A stretch of 64,000 nt of DNA, from contig NC_043007.1 in assembly GCF_006345805.1 (NCBI RefSeq), positions 16,058,001 to 16,122,000 on the forward strand, written 5' to 3'. The stretch's first letter is position 1. Every line of letters starts with the position of its first letter. The notes beneath the pieces are model-generated. The model saw only the letters and a list, made by a program, of their open reading frames with translations, was not told where the DNA came from and did not search any database. The stretch is from Octopus sinensis (Eukaryota). Shown one piece after another: positions 1 through 14,359 of this stretch. The translations under genes and the position numbers were made by a program.

Positions 1-55
1 CTATCGGTTTGTGTAAATAATGGTGATGATGATATTAATAATAATAATAATAATA

Positions 56-98
<43 letters not shown>

Positions 99-704
99 TT
101 ATTATTATCATAAGCTTACAGCTTATAAGTAATCACCGTACATTGACTACAGAAAATAGTCTAATATTGGGGTGTATAAGCCCTTGAAGGAAAAAGAGTG
201 TATTAGTACGCGTATATACATATGATTAGCAAAACTGAAACTGGTTGACTATATAAATATTTCATTTCATATATATATATATATATATATATAATCTTTT
301 ACTTGTTTTACTTATTATCCTGAAGCCATGCTGGGGCACAATCTTGAATAATTTTTATTCGCGGTACTTTTTTAAGCCCGGTACTTATGCTATCGGTCTC
401 TTTTGCCGAACTGCTAAGTGACAGGAGCGTTGAAACACCAACCGGTTGTCAAGTAGTGGAGTGGGAACACACACACACGTAAGTGTGAGTGCGTGTGTTT
501 GTCCCCGCTCGGAAGCATGTGGTTGGAAAGCAAGATTCTTACCACACAGTCACGCCGCATCCTAGCTACGCCATATATAAAATAACCTAATTTTGAGCAA
601 CAGTGTTATATAAACTCAGACTCGATGTTCTACCACACAACTGTACATACATTCATAATCCTAACGAACGCAACAGTGTTTTCATCATGAATGGTACATT
701 CATA

Positions 705-870
705 GGCGCAGGAGTGGCTGTGTGGTAAGTAGCTTGCTAACCAACCACATGGTTCCGGGTTCAGTCCCACTGCGTGGCATCTTGGGCAAGTGTCTTCTGC
801 TATAGCCTCGGACCGACCAAGGCCTTGTGAGTGGATTTGGTGGACGGAAGCTGAAGGAAGCCTGTCGTAC

Positions 871-928
<58 letters not shown>

Positions 929-1045
929 TATATATATTTATATATATACTTTGATAAGTTTCGGCCATTATTGGCCCAGGCCATGTCTAACTTAATAGCA
1001 CCACCTGGTGAAGTCTTTCAAGTCAGAATTTGGGCACTATGGCCC

Positions 1046-1083
<38 letters not shown>

Positions 1084-1329
1084 TGTGTGTGTGTGTGTGT
1101 GTGTATGCGTGTGTATATGTTTGTGTGTCTGTGTTTGTCCCTCTAGCATTGCTTGGCAACCGATGCTGGTGTGTTTACGTCCCCGTCACTTAGCGGTTCG
1201 GCAAAAGAGACCGATAGGATAAGTACTGGGCTTACAAAAGAATAAGTCCTGGGTCGATTTGCTCGACTAAAGGCGGTGCTCCAGCATGGCCGCAGTCAAA
1301 ATGACTGAAACAAGTAAAAGAGTAAAGAG
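705..1329 (+). mobile_element. tRNA-derived SINE family S2 (central microsatellite), carrying a LINE-tail-like insert
   Basis: A box TGGCTGTGTGG, B box GGTTCAGTCCC, (GTAAAAGA)n-type tail. Octopus OK/OR-type SINEs are known, but subfamily assignment was not verified. Confidence 0.8.
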
Positions 1330-1414
1330 TATATAATGCCAATAGCAACTCATTCTGTTTCAATTTGTCATTCATTTTTAAAATTCCTAATGCTTCGAAT
1401 AATTCTTTTATCAG

Positions 1415-1621
1415 CTCCAATAAGTGCTCCACATGTCGCCGAAGTAGACACAACTCTAGGAGGTTATGATGTCCCCAAAAATACTGCTGTTTCGTTCATA
1501 TTAAAAGATGCTCTTCATGACCCAAACCATTGGGATAATCCGGAGGAATTTCGCCCCGAAAGATGGATTAACGAAAATAATGAGATAAAGAAAAAAGAGG
1601 CTTTTGTTCCTTTCTCATTGG
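1415..1621 (+). CDS. Cytochrome P450 copy A, penultimate exon (equivalent to exon 7 of copy B)
   Basis: tcag| acceptor and G|gtaagt donor. Translates APISAPHVAEVDTTLGGYDVPKNT...FRPERW...PFSLG. Same 207-bp length and phase as copy B exon 7. Confidence 0.93.
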
Positions 1622-2794
1622 GTAAGTAATATGTGATTCTAATGATAAAGCAGACTTGTGTGCAAAGATATCCAAGCTGTGACTACCCGAAATTTGGAGA
1701 GATCTCAATGGCTACATTATCTAATGTTCTCGTCATCTTAGGAGGTTGGGATGTAATCTTAAGGAAATTAGGCTATTACACGTATCAAATCGAACGCCTT
1801 ATAGAAGCTTCTTTGTTGGTTAGGTATGGCTGTGTGGTAAGAAGCTTGCTTCCCAACCACATGGCCCTGAGTTCAGTCTCACTGCATGGCACCTTGAGCA
1901 AGTGTCTTCCACTATAGACTCAGGCTGACCAAATCCTTGTGAGAGGATTTAGTAGACAGAAACCGAAAGAAGCCCATCATTTGTGTGTGTGTGTGTGTGG
2001 TGTGTGTGTGTGTGTGTGCGTGTGTGTGTGGTGTGTATGTGTGTGCAAGATGCCCATAATTAAGAATGGGGAATTATACATCTTCAAAATTTGTCTATTA
2101 CCATACTTCAATCCAATACATGTTTCTGCTCCCTTAAATAGTAAAAGGTCATTCATTCTAAGGTTAAATGATACCAGAATTTGTAGCTGTATCATATTTA
2201 AAAACAGTCTCTACTATCATTTTTGTTAAGCTTTTATCATTCCCTCATCTGAAATATACTTTGAAGGACTATCAGAGACTGAATCCCTCAGCCCACTTCA
2301 CCCACCCGCATGAGAACAACCTTGAACAAAGCTGCATATAGTTGACCGAATGTATAAAGCACCAATCTAAATACATTTTAATATAGGGCGGCAAGCTGGT
2401 TCATACTTCCTTACGTTCTAAGTTAAAATTCCACCGAGGTTGACTTTGCCTTTTATCCTCTCAAGATTGATCAAATAAGTACCAGTTGAGCATTGCGGTC
2501 AATTTACTTTCATCTCTGAAATTACTGGCCTTGTGTCAAAATTTTAGACCAATATTTAGTTACATTAAAGCGGCGAGCTGGCAGAATATCGTTAGCAAGA
2601 GGGGCAAGATGCTTTGTGGCATTTCGTCTGTCTCTACGTCCTGAGTTCAAAATTGCTCCGGGATCGACTTTGCTGTTGATCATTTCGGAGTCGATGAAAT
2701 AAGTACAAGTTGAGCACCGGGATCGTTGTAATCGACTTACTTCCATCCCTGAAATTACTAACCCTGTGCCAAAATTGGAAACTGATACTGTATT

Positions 2795-3171
2795 GGATGG
2801 AAGCACTCCGTGGGTTACGACGATGAGGGTTCCGGTTGATCCGAATCAACCTGCTCGTGAAATTAACGTGTAAGTGGCTGAGCACTCCACAGACACGTGC
2901 ACCCTTAACGTAGTTCTCGGGGATATTCAGCGTGACACAGAGAGTGACAACCGGGCCCTTGAAATACAGGTACAACAGAAACAGGAAGTAAGAGTGAGAG
3001 AAAGCTGTGGTGAAAGAGTACAGCAGGGATCACCACCATCCCCTGCTGGAGCCTCGTGGAGCTTTTAGGTGTTTTCGCTCAATAAACACACACAACGCGC
3101 GGTCTGGGAATCGAAACCGCGATCCTATGACCGCGAGTCCGCTACCCTAACCACTGGGCCATTGCGCCTCC
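2795..3171 (-). mobile_element. tRNA-derived SINE family S3
   Basis: A box TGGCCCAGTGG, B box GGTTTCGATTCCC, 14-bp TSD ACTGATACTGTATT. Confidence 0.88.
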
Positions 3172-3387
3172 ACTGATACTGTATTAACCTATTAACTGCC
3201 AAATTTTTTTATTCACATATTTTGGCTTTGCCCGGTGTCTTAGGACTTAAGATAATATATAGTGTTTAAATTTTCTTCGTTTGTGAATTGTTTTAGAAAT
3301 TATGATAAAATTTTCGAAATTTTCCATATGAGGATCGCTGAAAAAAAGCATATTTGTACTTTTTCTATTCTACTGCAATAATAAACA

Positions 3388-3596
3388 CTCTTTTACTCTT
3401 TTACTTGTTTCAGTCATTTCACTGTGGCTATGCTGGAGCACCGCCTTTGGTCGAGTAAATCGACCCCAGGACATATTCTTTGTAAACTTAGTACTTATTC
3501 TATCGGTCTCTTTTGCCGAACCGCTAAGTTACGGGGACGCAAACACACCAGCATCGGTTGTCAAGCGATGTTGGGGGAACAAACACAGACACACAA

Positions 3597-3629
<33 letters not shown>

Positions 3630-3840
3630 ACACACACACACACACATACATACATACATACATACATACATTTATACGACAGGTTTCTTTCAGTTTCCGT
3701 CTACCAAATCCATTCACAAGGCTTTGGTTGGCCCGAGGCTATAGTAGAAGACACTTGGAGAAGGTGCCATGCAGTGAGACTGAACCCGGAACCATGTGGT
3801 TCGTAAGCAAGCTACTTACCACACAGCTACTCCTACACCT
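3388..3840 (-). mobile_element. SINE S2 copy
   Basis: Full-length reverse-complement match to 705-1329. Partial copies at ~295-560, 1820-2045, 5075-5480, 7910-8120, 15110-15330 and 18870-19310. Confidence 0.8.
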
Positions 3841-4023
3841 TTTATTTTTTTTTAAACTATAGTATCAAATGCGAATACGTATGAAATATCAATGAATGCT
3901 ATAATAGATGGGAAATGCAAAAGCAAAAAAATTAAAAACGTTTTCAAAATTTGCGATTTATAACATAAAAATGTGCTCTAGAATTAACCAAAGCTAATAA
4001 TGACAAACTTTAACTACTAAATA

Positions 4024-4256
4024 CCTATTTCTTTACTACCCACAAGGGGCTAAACGCAGAGAGGACAAACAAAGACAGACAAACGGATTAAGTCGATTAT
4101 ATCGCCTCGAGTGCGTAACTGGTACTTATTTAATCGACCCCGAAAGGATGAAAGGCAAAGTCGACCTCGGCGGAATTTGAACTCAGAACGTAACGGCAGA
4201 TGAAATACGGCTACGCATTTCGCCCGGCGTGCTAACGTTTCTGCCAGCTCGCCGCC
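4024..4256 (-). mobile_element. tRNA-derived SINE family S1
   Basis: A box TGGCAGAAACGTTAG, B box GAGTTCAAATT, 14-bp TSD TTAACTACTAAATA. Further copies at 16266-16491 (-), 2384-2780 (+, decayed) and 56965-57120 (-, decayed). Confidence 0.88.
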
Positions 4257-4628
4257 TTAACTACTAAATATTGTTAAACACACCTCTGCAAATGCACAAT
4301 GTACATAAGCAATTCACTTTAAATACAACGAATAACAGGCAGTGAGACTGTTTTTAGCAGATCCCCAGGTGGGGCTCATGGCAGGTAATGGGTTAAGTCT
4401 GTCCAATTGACAAAACTTCCTTACAAACTTGCTCTTTGATTCTCTTAAAATAAATTAGGATTTCGATCAACCGACCTTTACCGATTTATCCTGTCTTATA
4501 CACGAAACTGTCTTATTCACGAAACTATTTTTAAAAATTACTTTCGATATACATAGATGTACTCGCATAGCATGTGTTTTGATCTGAGAGTGTGTGCTGC
4601 AATCGCCAGTTACGAAATATTTAGATTG

Positions 4629-5011
4629 GGTGGAGGCGCAATGGCCCAGTGGTTAGGGCAGCGGACTCGCGGTCGGAGGATCGCGGTTTCGATTCCCAGA
4701 CCGGGCATTGTGAGTGTTTATTGAGCGAAAACACCTAAAGCTCCCCGAGGCTCCGGCAGGGTATGGTGGTGAACCCTGCTGTACTCTTTCACCACAACTT
4801 TCTCTCACTCTTACTTCCTGTTTCTCTTGTACCTGTATTTCAAAGGGCCAGCCTTGTCACAATCTGTGTCACGCTGAATCTCCTCGAGAACTACGTTAAG
4901 GGTACACTTGTCTGTGGAGTGCTCAGTCACTTGCACGTTAATATCACGAGCAAGCTGTTCCGTTGATCGTATCAGCTGGGACCCTCGTCGTCGCAACCGA
5001 CGGAGTGCTCC
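4629..5011 (+). mobile_element. SINE S3 copy
   Basis: 12-bp TSD ATATTTAGATTG. Confidence 0.88.
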
Positions 5012-5286
5012 TATATATTTAGATTGAAAAGTAAGATCAATGCTACTTAAAATTATCTCAGGAACTTTTTCTTTTACTTTTCCTTTACACTCGTTTCAGT
5101 CTTTGGACTGTGGTCATGCTGGGACACCACCTTGAAGGGTTTAGTACTTTTAAGTCTGGTACTTCTTTTATCGTTCCTTTTACCGAAATGCTAAGTTACA
5201 TGGATTTAAACAAACCAAGATTGGTTTTATCAAGCAGTATGGCATCAAACACGGACACACATACATATGCATACTTGCATGCACGC

Positions 5287-5336
<50 letters not shown>

Positions 5337-5617
5337 CACACAACGCATACACACACACACACACACACGACGCACTGCCAAACAGTTTCCGTCGACTTCC
5401 GGAGCTTTAAATAGTCAGTTGCTTAATGTGCCATCGAATGGAACTGAACCCGAAACCACATAACTGCAAAGCAAACTTTTTTTTATCTCAGGGCTATTTC
5501 TGCACCTATATGCATATATTTTGTCACAAATTATATTTCATTTAATATATTTAAATCATTACATTGTATCACATGTAAAGCATAGTGTTTAATTTAAATC
5601 TTCAATTTTAATTATAG

Positions 5618-5796
5618 GTCCAAGAATATGTGCAGGAATGTCATTAACCCATTTTGAAACCTTCATAGCCTTTACAAATATCTTACAAAAATATAAGATG
5701 GAAAAACCTGACGAAACGCCAATGACAATGGAAGGCATACAAACAGGAATTACTTATATTCCAGTGAGCGATAATATCCGTGTTGTACCACTTTGA
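5618..5796 (+). CDS. Cytochrome P450 copy A, terminal exon (heme Cys)
   Basis: tatag| acceptor. (G)PRICAGMSLTHFETF...DNIRVVPL-TGA completes the FxxGxRxCxG motif with the upstream exon. 179 bp, as in copy B exon 8. Confidence 0.93.
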
Positions 5797-8179
5797 AGTA
5801 CATCGTTCATACGTGTCTGAAGGTACCTCTTTAAACTACACTGGATATACCTGAGGAAGAATATCTTTTTTCATCAGCTGAATACTTTTTTCATTGGTAT
5901 TTCTCCGATGTACGCAAATCTTACTTGAACAATGATAATACTTTGACGTGCATATTAATATATGTTTGATAATATTTGTGTGTTAATATCTACAGAAGTG
6001 TCATATAATATTTAGATCATAGAAACAGACGGACCAGTAGAACCATGACTGATATAGTGTCTAACTTTGTCATTAAAGGTCTTGCATTGTAATTCATATA
6101 TCATTTATCTCTCTCTATATGTTATATATCATTTATCTATCTAAATGTTTTTTTTATGGTCATCTAATCATCTTATAATTGATAGAATGTAAATCGAAAA
6201 TAATAAACTTGTTGCAATCATAACATTAGTTATTGTTTGACTAACACGATAACCAAAACCTCAAATTCTGCATTCAGTCAGATTATGGACTGGAATTTAT
6301 TTGTAGCATATTTTCGTTGGCGTCCATTTTCAGCAACTCTGCCATACATCGACAACAGAAAGAGGATTTAAAACATGCTTAGAAATATGCCGGATGGGCA
6401 GAGATATAATCAACGATTGCGGAGCAAGAACCAATAGACTAAAACGCTCAATATTTGGTCTACAAAACATAGAATAAAGAATAAATACTTCACACACACC
6501 CGAGAGACCTCTGTTTAAGTGGGAACACAGTAACTCTAAAACATTAACCACAGTCCGTTCCAATTACCTACTTTAAACTGTGTGCATTGAAATTGGTTGT
6601 TAACTTATATCTACATTAGCCAGCTTTAAGTGTCCTACATCATCTGACATGATAGACCGTTGACAGGGTCCCTTATAGTCGCGAATCATTCAGAAACGCT
6701 TGGTATTCTACAGTACTTGTTACATCTTAGAGTGAAAAATAAATTGAAGGGGATAGAGTTATTTTGTGTGGTACTTTCGGCCTCTTGCTTGCCTTTAGTC
6801 AGGGCTCATTTCTTTGTTTTTTCCCTTTCATCTTTCCTTACTGTCTTGAGTAGCATCCTACCTTTCTTGAGTCCTCATTTCTTCCCCCCCCCCACAGCAA
6901 GTACCGCTACGCAGTGTCTATCATAAACTGTACTCAAGGAAAGGAAATATCCCACATTTCGGTCATCAGCCACTGGTGCTGATTGAACTCAAGGCGAAGT
7001 GATTTTTTTCGCCTCTTCTTAGACAATGAATGGAGTTTCGTCAATGAAACTCTGGAAACAGCGACATCAGTAATTGTGTTTTTCTCTATGAAGCCTACAG
7101 ATATTAATAATGTGGTCGCCTCTGTCTATCGCTCTTTCTTTTCCTAAGCCATTCGTTTTCTTTCGGAATAATGGCTCCCATACTGTAAATGGAGTTTCTG
7201 CTATGCGTCACCAGTCTAATTAATCTCTCGCCACCCTCAGCGAAATAAAGCTTCAGGATAACCTAGGCGTCACTGAAGATCATCAGATTCTAGAGGTGCA
7301 AGCAAACCCGCCAGACATGTTGTTGCAGTCCCCACTCGTGATTGTGATGTTCACATTTCAAGGACTCAGCTTCCCTGCACCACTTTGTGACTCGGTTGGT
7401 TGTGTACTATTTGTACATGTCTTCTCGTCTGATTCTTGGTCGTGAAAACCAGACACACTCCCAAACAATCTGCTCTGTTTGATGCAGTACAATTACTGCT
7501 ACAAATTGACCACAGTCTACCTCTCTCCCGATCATTATTTGCTTGGTACTAACACATTTAACTGAATTTGCATACAAATTCTGTGGAAAGACAATCAAAT
7601 ATTTTCTTTCATATAAGAACGATTTCAGTTTGTCTAGTGCAAAGGACAAATATCTAGAAACACTGCTACAGACATAACTCGGTTTTACTAGAAGAATTGG
7701 TACCATAACCGGATTGGAAGAAGATACTAAGAAACAAGGAGTAGAGAAAAATTGATTAAGCGGGCACACATTATTATCGATGAAGATAAGGAAATAATAG
7801 AATTTGAACGTACACAGATTTTTGTATTTAAAAATCAGGGAGGTAGAGGCTTTGTTCAATTAGAAATCTATTGAAAATATTCACTGTTGGTTACAGATAT
7901 TTAATATTTGTTTCAGCCATTGAGCTGTGGCTATGCAAAGGTACCACCTACAAAGGTTTAGTCGAAGAAATCGACTCCGGTACTTATGTTTTTCTTTAGG
8001 TCTGATACCTATTCTATCTTTTACTGAACCGCTAAGTTATAAGCATGTAAAGAAGCCTACGCCAGTTGTCAAGCTGTTGTGGGCAGCTGACAAAACACAC
8101 ACACACACACACAAACACATACGCGAGCCCTTTTCTTCTTCCATTTTGATGATGGAATATAGGCCACCGGCGATTAGGG

Positions 8180-10150
8180 CTCTCTCTAAAGGCAAGAGGC
8201 AATTAGCTGGTTTACCAACATTCACGGCAAGAAAAAATGCAAATTCATCCAATGAGACATTAATGACTATTACCAATTAAATAAGGCACTAATCTTCGAA
8301 AGGAATAGAACTAACTTTTTCATGAATGAAATTAAAATAATGCTTGCAGCTAGAAAAACAGTAATATTACATGAAGGCAAATATTGGACAAGAAAGGATA
8401 CACCTGACGGCTTCGATATACGATGGGCGCATGTAGTAACCGACTTAGTTGGAATATATCTTTTACACAAATTTAATGAGGAATTTCCTGAATTCGAAGA
8501 CGGACAATACCGGGACGACGCCCTTTTCTTAGTTAGGAACACTTCAAATAAAAAATTAGAAACTTCCTACGTAGATTCTTTAAAAATCAAGGACTCTCAA
8601 TTTCTATTGAAAAAGATAACATCTCCGTAAACTTCCTGGACGTCAACTTCTACCTTAATACTTCAATTTATCAATCTTATCATAATCCTAACGTGAATAT
8701 AAGATACATGAACGCAAACAGTATCCATCTATGCGATATTATAGAAAAACCGAGAAGAATAAATTTGTTATCATCTAACGAAGAAGTATTTAATAAATAG
8801 AAAGACTACTACAACATAGCACTTAAGAAGGCAGGATATAAATATGAAATTAAGTACAATAAGAACTACAATACTAATAAAAAACATATTAAAAATAATT
8901 ACATAAATAATAATGTTAAGACTAGAAACTTATAAAAAAACAGTATACCCTAATAAACAATTATAACTCCCAATACTATTCATAAATATAACAATCATGT
9001 TAAACAAACCAGTCATAATAATATTAAAATTAAGCTTAAGCATGACGAACGTCACGTCATAGAATAAATAAAATTCATAATAAGAATAAAAAACCATAAA
9101 AATTATTATCACCATTCTAACCTCACTAATGTAAATAACCCTAAAAATACTGATAGCGTAAACTGTAAAAATAGAATTAAAGATAAGAATAGGAACATAA
9201 AGATAAATAAAAGCATAAGTAAAGGAACATAAGCATGAATAAAAACATGAAAAGCCAGAGTAAGACAACTAACAATAATATGAATAACCATAATAATAAG
9301 ATTAATAATGGTAATGAAAACATAGTCCAAAAGAAACCAGTACGATGTATGAGGGAAAATGATTTTTTTTTGTATACAAATCAATGCTCAACCAAGGTAG
9401 ACCATGACAAAACCATTTGGATAATAATTCCCTTTGCTAAGCATTTAAAGACGAACTTTATAAAGATCTATCGGAAAGATTACTCTTTTCCTCTTTACTC
9501 TTTTACTTGTTTCAGTCATTTGACTGCGGCCATGCTGGAGCACCGCCTTTTAATCGAGCAACTCGACCCCAGGACTTATTCTTTGTAAGCCTAGTACTTA
9601 TTCAATCGGTCTCTTTCGCCGAACCGCTAAGTGACGGGGACATAAACACACCAGCATCGGTTGTCAAGCAATGCTAGGGGGACAAACACAGACATACAAA
9701 CATACAGGCACACACACACACACATATATATATATACATATATACGACGGGCTTCTTTCAGTTTCCGTCTACCAAATCCACTCACAAGGCTTTGGTCGGC
9801 CCGAGGCTATAGTAGAAGACACTTGCCCAAGGTGCCACGCAGTGGGACTGAACCCGGAACCATGTGGTTGGTAAGCAAGCTACTTACCACACAGCCACTC
9901 CTGCGCCTAATAAAAACTTTAAAAACACTAGATTCGCAATAAATTTAATAATAAACATTTCAGTTCTAAACATAAATGTTCCAACAAAATGCGAGCAAGT
10001 ACCTTTCCAACCACAGACAAAAGCGAAATCCCACGAAAATTACCACACAGAGTAAGTTACAAGCGCATATTTAGGTTTCTGCCAACCAACCAATCCAATG
10101 ATTTTACTAATATTTGGTATACAGGAAGTACCGGTGCAGATGAATATATA
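8180..10150 (+). mobile_element. Decayed Penelope-like element, interrupted by a SINE
   Basis: DLVGIYLL...YRDDALFL RT motif, then FLDVNF...YHNPN and AT-rich linker remnants typical of PLE RTs. Confidence 0.7.
9481..9905 (-). mobile_element. SINE S2 copy nested in the PLE
   Basis: Full-length match. Confidence 0.82.
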
Positions 10151-10170
10151 TATATATGTTGTTTTTTATC

Positions 10171-10207
<37 letters not shown>

Positions 10208-10345
10208 GTATTATTACTAGTTAGGGAATGTAATAATTCCAAGCTAACACGGAAAAATTTCAATTTAGCACACTAAATCAAAATTCGCAATATATATTTT
10301 ATATATATATATATATATATATTATATTATATAGTATATATATAT

Positions 10346-10378
<33 letters not shown>

Positions 10379-11040
10379 TAAACCGCTATTTAGTTATTCC
10401 ATCAATAGTGAAAAGATATTATCTATAATAACCACATAGAAATTAATTATATATCTTATAATTATTATTCTAAAAGTATTCATATATATATATATATAAT
10501 ATATTATATATATATAGAGAGAGAGGAGAGAGGGAGAGAGAGAGAGAAGAACACCGCTATTTAGTTATTCCATCAATAGTGAAAAGATATTATCTATAAT
10601 AACCACATAGAAATTAATTATATATCTTATAATTATTATTCGAAAAGTATTCATGTATATATATATACTATATATTATATATTTTCATGTTATTAACACA
10701 TATCAAAGGGAAATGGAAAATTAATTAAAATTTTCACTTCCAGTGGCCTAACGTGTAAAATTTAGTCCCAAAAGACTATGAATTAGTCATAATATATAGT
10801 ATACATTTAAACACATAAGGAACCAACTCGTGAAATTCAACACGCTAGAAAGAACAGCTAGGTTTTTTTTACCACAAAAATTAGGGATAAATTTTGACAA
10901 GAACGAAATGAAAAAATAAAAAGATTTTACCATCAAGTTTCCTGGACCAATTGGTTTCTGATTTTAGTTTAGGAAGCAAATAATATTTGCTCACGAGGTG
11001 AAATCATCCTCAACAGGTACTCCTTGGGTTAAATATATAA

Positions 11041-11426
11041 GTAGGAGCACTCCGTCGGTTACGACGATGAGGGTCCCAGCTGATACGATCAACGGAACAG
11101 CTTGCTCGTGGAATTAACGTGCAAGTGGCTGAGCACTCCACAGACACGTTTACCCTTAACGTAGTTGTCGAGGAGATTCAGCGTGACACAGAGTGTGACA
11201 AGGCTGGCCCTTTGAAATACAGGTACAAGAGAAACAGGAAGAAAGAGTGAGAAAAAAGTTGTGGTGAAAGAGTACAGCAGGGTTCACCACCATCCCCTGC
11301 CGGAGCCTCGTGAAACTTTAGGTGTTTTCGCTCAATAAACACTCACAATGCCCGATCTGGGAATCGAAACCGCGATCCTACGACCGCGAGTCCGCTGTCC
11401 TAACCACTGGGCCATTGCGCCTCCAC
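11041..11426 (-). mobile_element. SINE S3 copy
   Basis: 12-bp TSD TTAAATATATAA. A 5' partial copy also lies at ~14145-14308. Confidence 0.88.
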
Positions 11427-11759
11427 TTAAATATATAAACAACGAGGCAATCAAACTATATGCCTCCCGTTTATATATCCTAATTTTTTCAAAATCTACT
11501 GCGCAGACGCAGCCCTTCGCTGGCAATAAAAAATGCCAACTTTTAAAATCGAAAATTATCCCCAAAACTTATAATACTTAAACATATAAAAGGGAAATGG
11601 AAAATTAATTAAAATTTTCACTTCTATTTTTTCATTTCGTTTCTGTCGAAATTTATCCCTAATTTTTGTGGTTATAGAACCTAGCTGTTCTTTCTAGCGT
11701 GTTGAATTTCACGAGTGGATTCCTTATGTGTTTAAATGCACACTATATATATCATATAT

Positions 11760-13250
11760 CATATATATATATATATGTGTGTGTGTGTTGTGTGTGTGTG
11801 TGTGTGTGTTGTGTGTATTTATGTATTCATGTGTGTATGTATGTATGTATGTGTATATGTGTATATATGTGTCTGTGTATACATACACATGTATATGTGT
11901 GTAGATATGTATGTGTGTATATATGTGTGTGTATATATGTGTGTGTATATATGTGTGTGTATATATGTGTGTGTATATATGTGTGTGTATATATGTGTGT
12001 GTATATATGTGGTTGTATATATGTGGTTGTATATATGTGTGTGTATATATGTGGTTGTATATATGTGTGTGTATATATGTGTGTGTATATATGTGTGTGT
12101 ATATATGTGTGTGTATATATGTGTGTGTATATATGTGTGTGTATATATGTGTGTGTATATATGTGTGTGTATATATGTGTGTGTATATATGTGGTTGTAT
12201 ATATGTGTGTGTATATATGTGTGTGTATATATGTGGTTGTATATATTGTGTGTATATATGTTGTTGGTATATATGTGTGTGTATATATGTGTGTGTATAT
12301 ATGTGCGTGTATATATGTGGTTGTATATAATGTGTGTGTATATATGTGTGTGTATATATGTGTGTGTATATATGTGTGTGTATATATGTGTGTGTATATA
12401 TGTGTGTGTATATATGTGGTTGTATATATGTGTGTGTATATATGTGTGTGTATATATGTGTGTGTATATATGTGTGTGTATATATGTGGTTGTATATATG
12501 TGTGTGTATATATGTGTGTGTATATATGTGTGTGTATATATGTGTGTGTATATATGTGTGTGTATATATGTGTGTGTATATATGTGTATGTATATATGTG
12601 TGTGTATATATGTGGTTGTATATATGTTTGTGTATATATTGTGTGTATATCTGTGTGTGTATATATGTGTGTGTATATATGTGTGTGTATATATGTGTGT
12701 ATATATGTGGTGTGTATATATGTGGTTGTATATATGTGTGTGTATATATTGTGTGTGTATATGTGGTGTGTATATATGTGTGTGTTATATGTGTGTGTAT
12801 ATATGTGGTTGTATATATGTGTGTGTATATATGTGGTTGATATATGTGTGTGTATATATGTGTGTGTATATATGGTGTGTGTATATGTGTGTGTATATAT
12901 GGTGTGTGTATATGTGTTGGTATATATGTGGTTATATATGTGGTTGTATATATGTGTGTGTATATATGTGTGTGTATATATGTGTGTGTATATATGTGTA
13001 TGTATATATGTGTGTGTATATATGTGTGTGTATATATGTGTGTGTATATATGTGTGTGTATATATGTGTGTGTATATATGTGTGTGTATATATGTGTGTG
13101 TATATATGTTGTTGTATATATGTGGTTGTATATATGTGGTTGTATATATGTGGTTGTATATATGTGTGTGTATATATGTGGTTGTATATATGTGTGTGTA
13201 TATATGTGTGTGTATATATGTGTGTGTGTATATATGTGGTTGTATACATA
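11760..13250. repeat. Minisatellite, 14-bp unit ATATATGTGTGTGT with variant ATATATGTGGTTGT
   Basis: Direct inspection. Source of the spurious 545/511-aa ORFs. Confidence 0.95.
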
Positions 13251-13418
13251 TCTTTATACTTTTCTATTTGAATATTTCTTATTTTGTGCTTGTGTGCTTA
13301 TATGTATCTATCCATGTAAAATTTTTGCCTATTTAAAAAATATATACATACACTCACTTTAATGTAATGTAATGTTACTGCACTTCCTATTGTTACATGT
13401 GCATATTTTTATATTTTA

Positions 13419-13454
<36 letters not shown>

Positions 13455-13613
13455 TGTATGTATATTTAACTGCTTATCGTGTAGCCGGTTATTTTCACAC
13501 ATCTGTACAGAAGTATTTTTGAGTATATATAAATTATACATAAGTATCTTCTTATGACATCCTCTATATATACAAATATTTATTATTATAAAATTTTATA
13601 ATATATATATTAT

Positions 13614-13862
13614 AAACTTAGATAAACTTAGATATGTTTCGACCAAAGATTGGTCCAGGCCATGTCTAACTTAATAGCACCACCTGATAGGATTATTCGA
13701 ATCCTGTTTAAGTCAAGTTTTGTTTATGGTCCATTCAAGTAGTGAGTTTTTGTTGGGTGAGTTGTATCCAATTGTGGGTGGCTTATCTGAAGGAATCTAT
13801 CCAGACTCCGTTTAAAGTTGATGGGATCCTTTTCCTCTTTGATCTCTTTCGGGACAATGTTT
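13614..13862 (-). mobile_element. CR1-group LINE 3' end fragment
   Basis: Near-identical to 39865-40120, including the AAACTTAGATAAACTTAGAT tail. Confidence 0.88.
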
Positions 13863-14305
13863 ATATATATCATTTTAGCTACTAGAGGCTTTTATTTTTC
13901 TCGTGATGTAATAATTTATGTTTGTATGTAAACCTACATCCCCATTTTACACCCAGGCCTGTATATATAAACATTATTTACGAACATATGTATATATTAG
14001 TCATAGTATTCCCCGTATAAGTGTATCTCTACGTTATTGTCGTGTATAAGGTATATATATATATATATATCACCGTGACCGACCAGGCTATCAGATGTAG
14101 TTACACATCGCTGGTCACAATGCGTTCGCATTGTTTTTTTTTAGTTGTGGTGAAAGAGTACAGCAGGGATCACCATCCCCTGCCGGAGCCTCGTGGAGCC
14201 TTTAGGTGTTTTGCTCAATAAACACTCACAACGCCCGGTCTAGGAATCGAAACCGCGATCCTATGACTGCGAGTCCGCTGCCCTAACCACTAGGCCATTG
14301 CGCCT

Positions 14306-14359
<54 letters not shown>

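Noticed and set aside
4632-4705. tRNA genes at SINE heads
   Set aside because: A/B boxes are present but continue into SINE bodies with TSDs, with no complete cloverleaf.
6950-6975. CTGATGA CC GAAA on the - strand
   Set aside because: No stem II, no NUH site with a stem I complement. Likely chance.
7300-7860. 150-aa - strand ORF and possible retroelement remnant
   Set aside because: No recognisable motif in any frame.
11699-13362. 545-, 511-aa and other long ORFs rich in C/V/Y/M/I
   Set aside because: Translations of the 14-bp minisatellite, which lacks stops in several frames. The same applies to the IY/CV/HT/FLS ORFs over other microsatellites (e.g. 46389-47582, 56981-57876).
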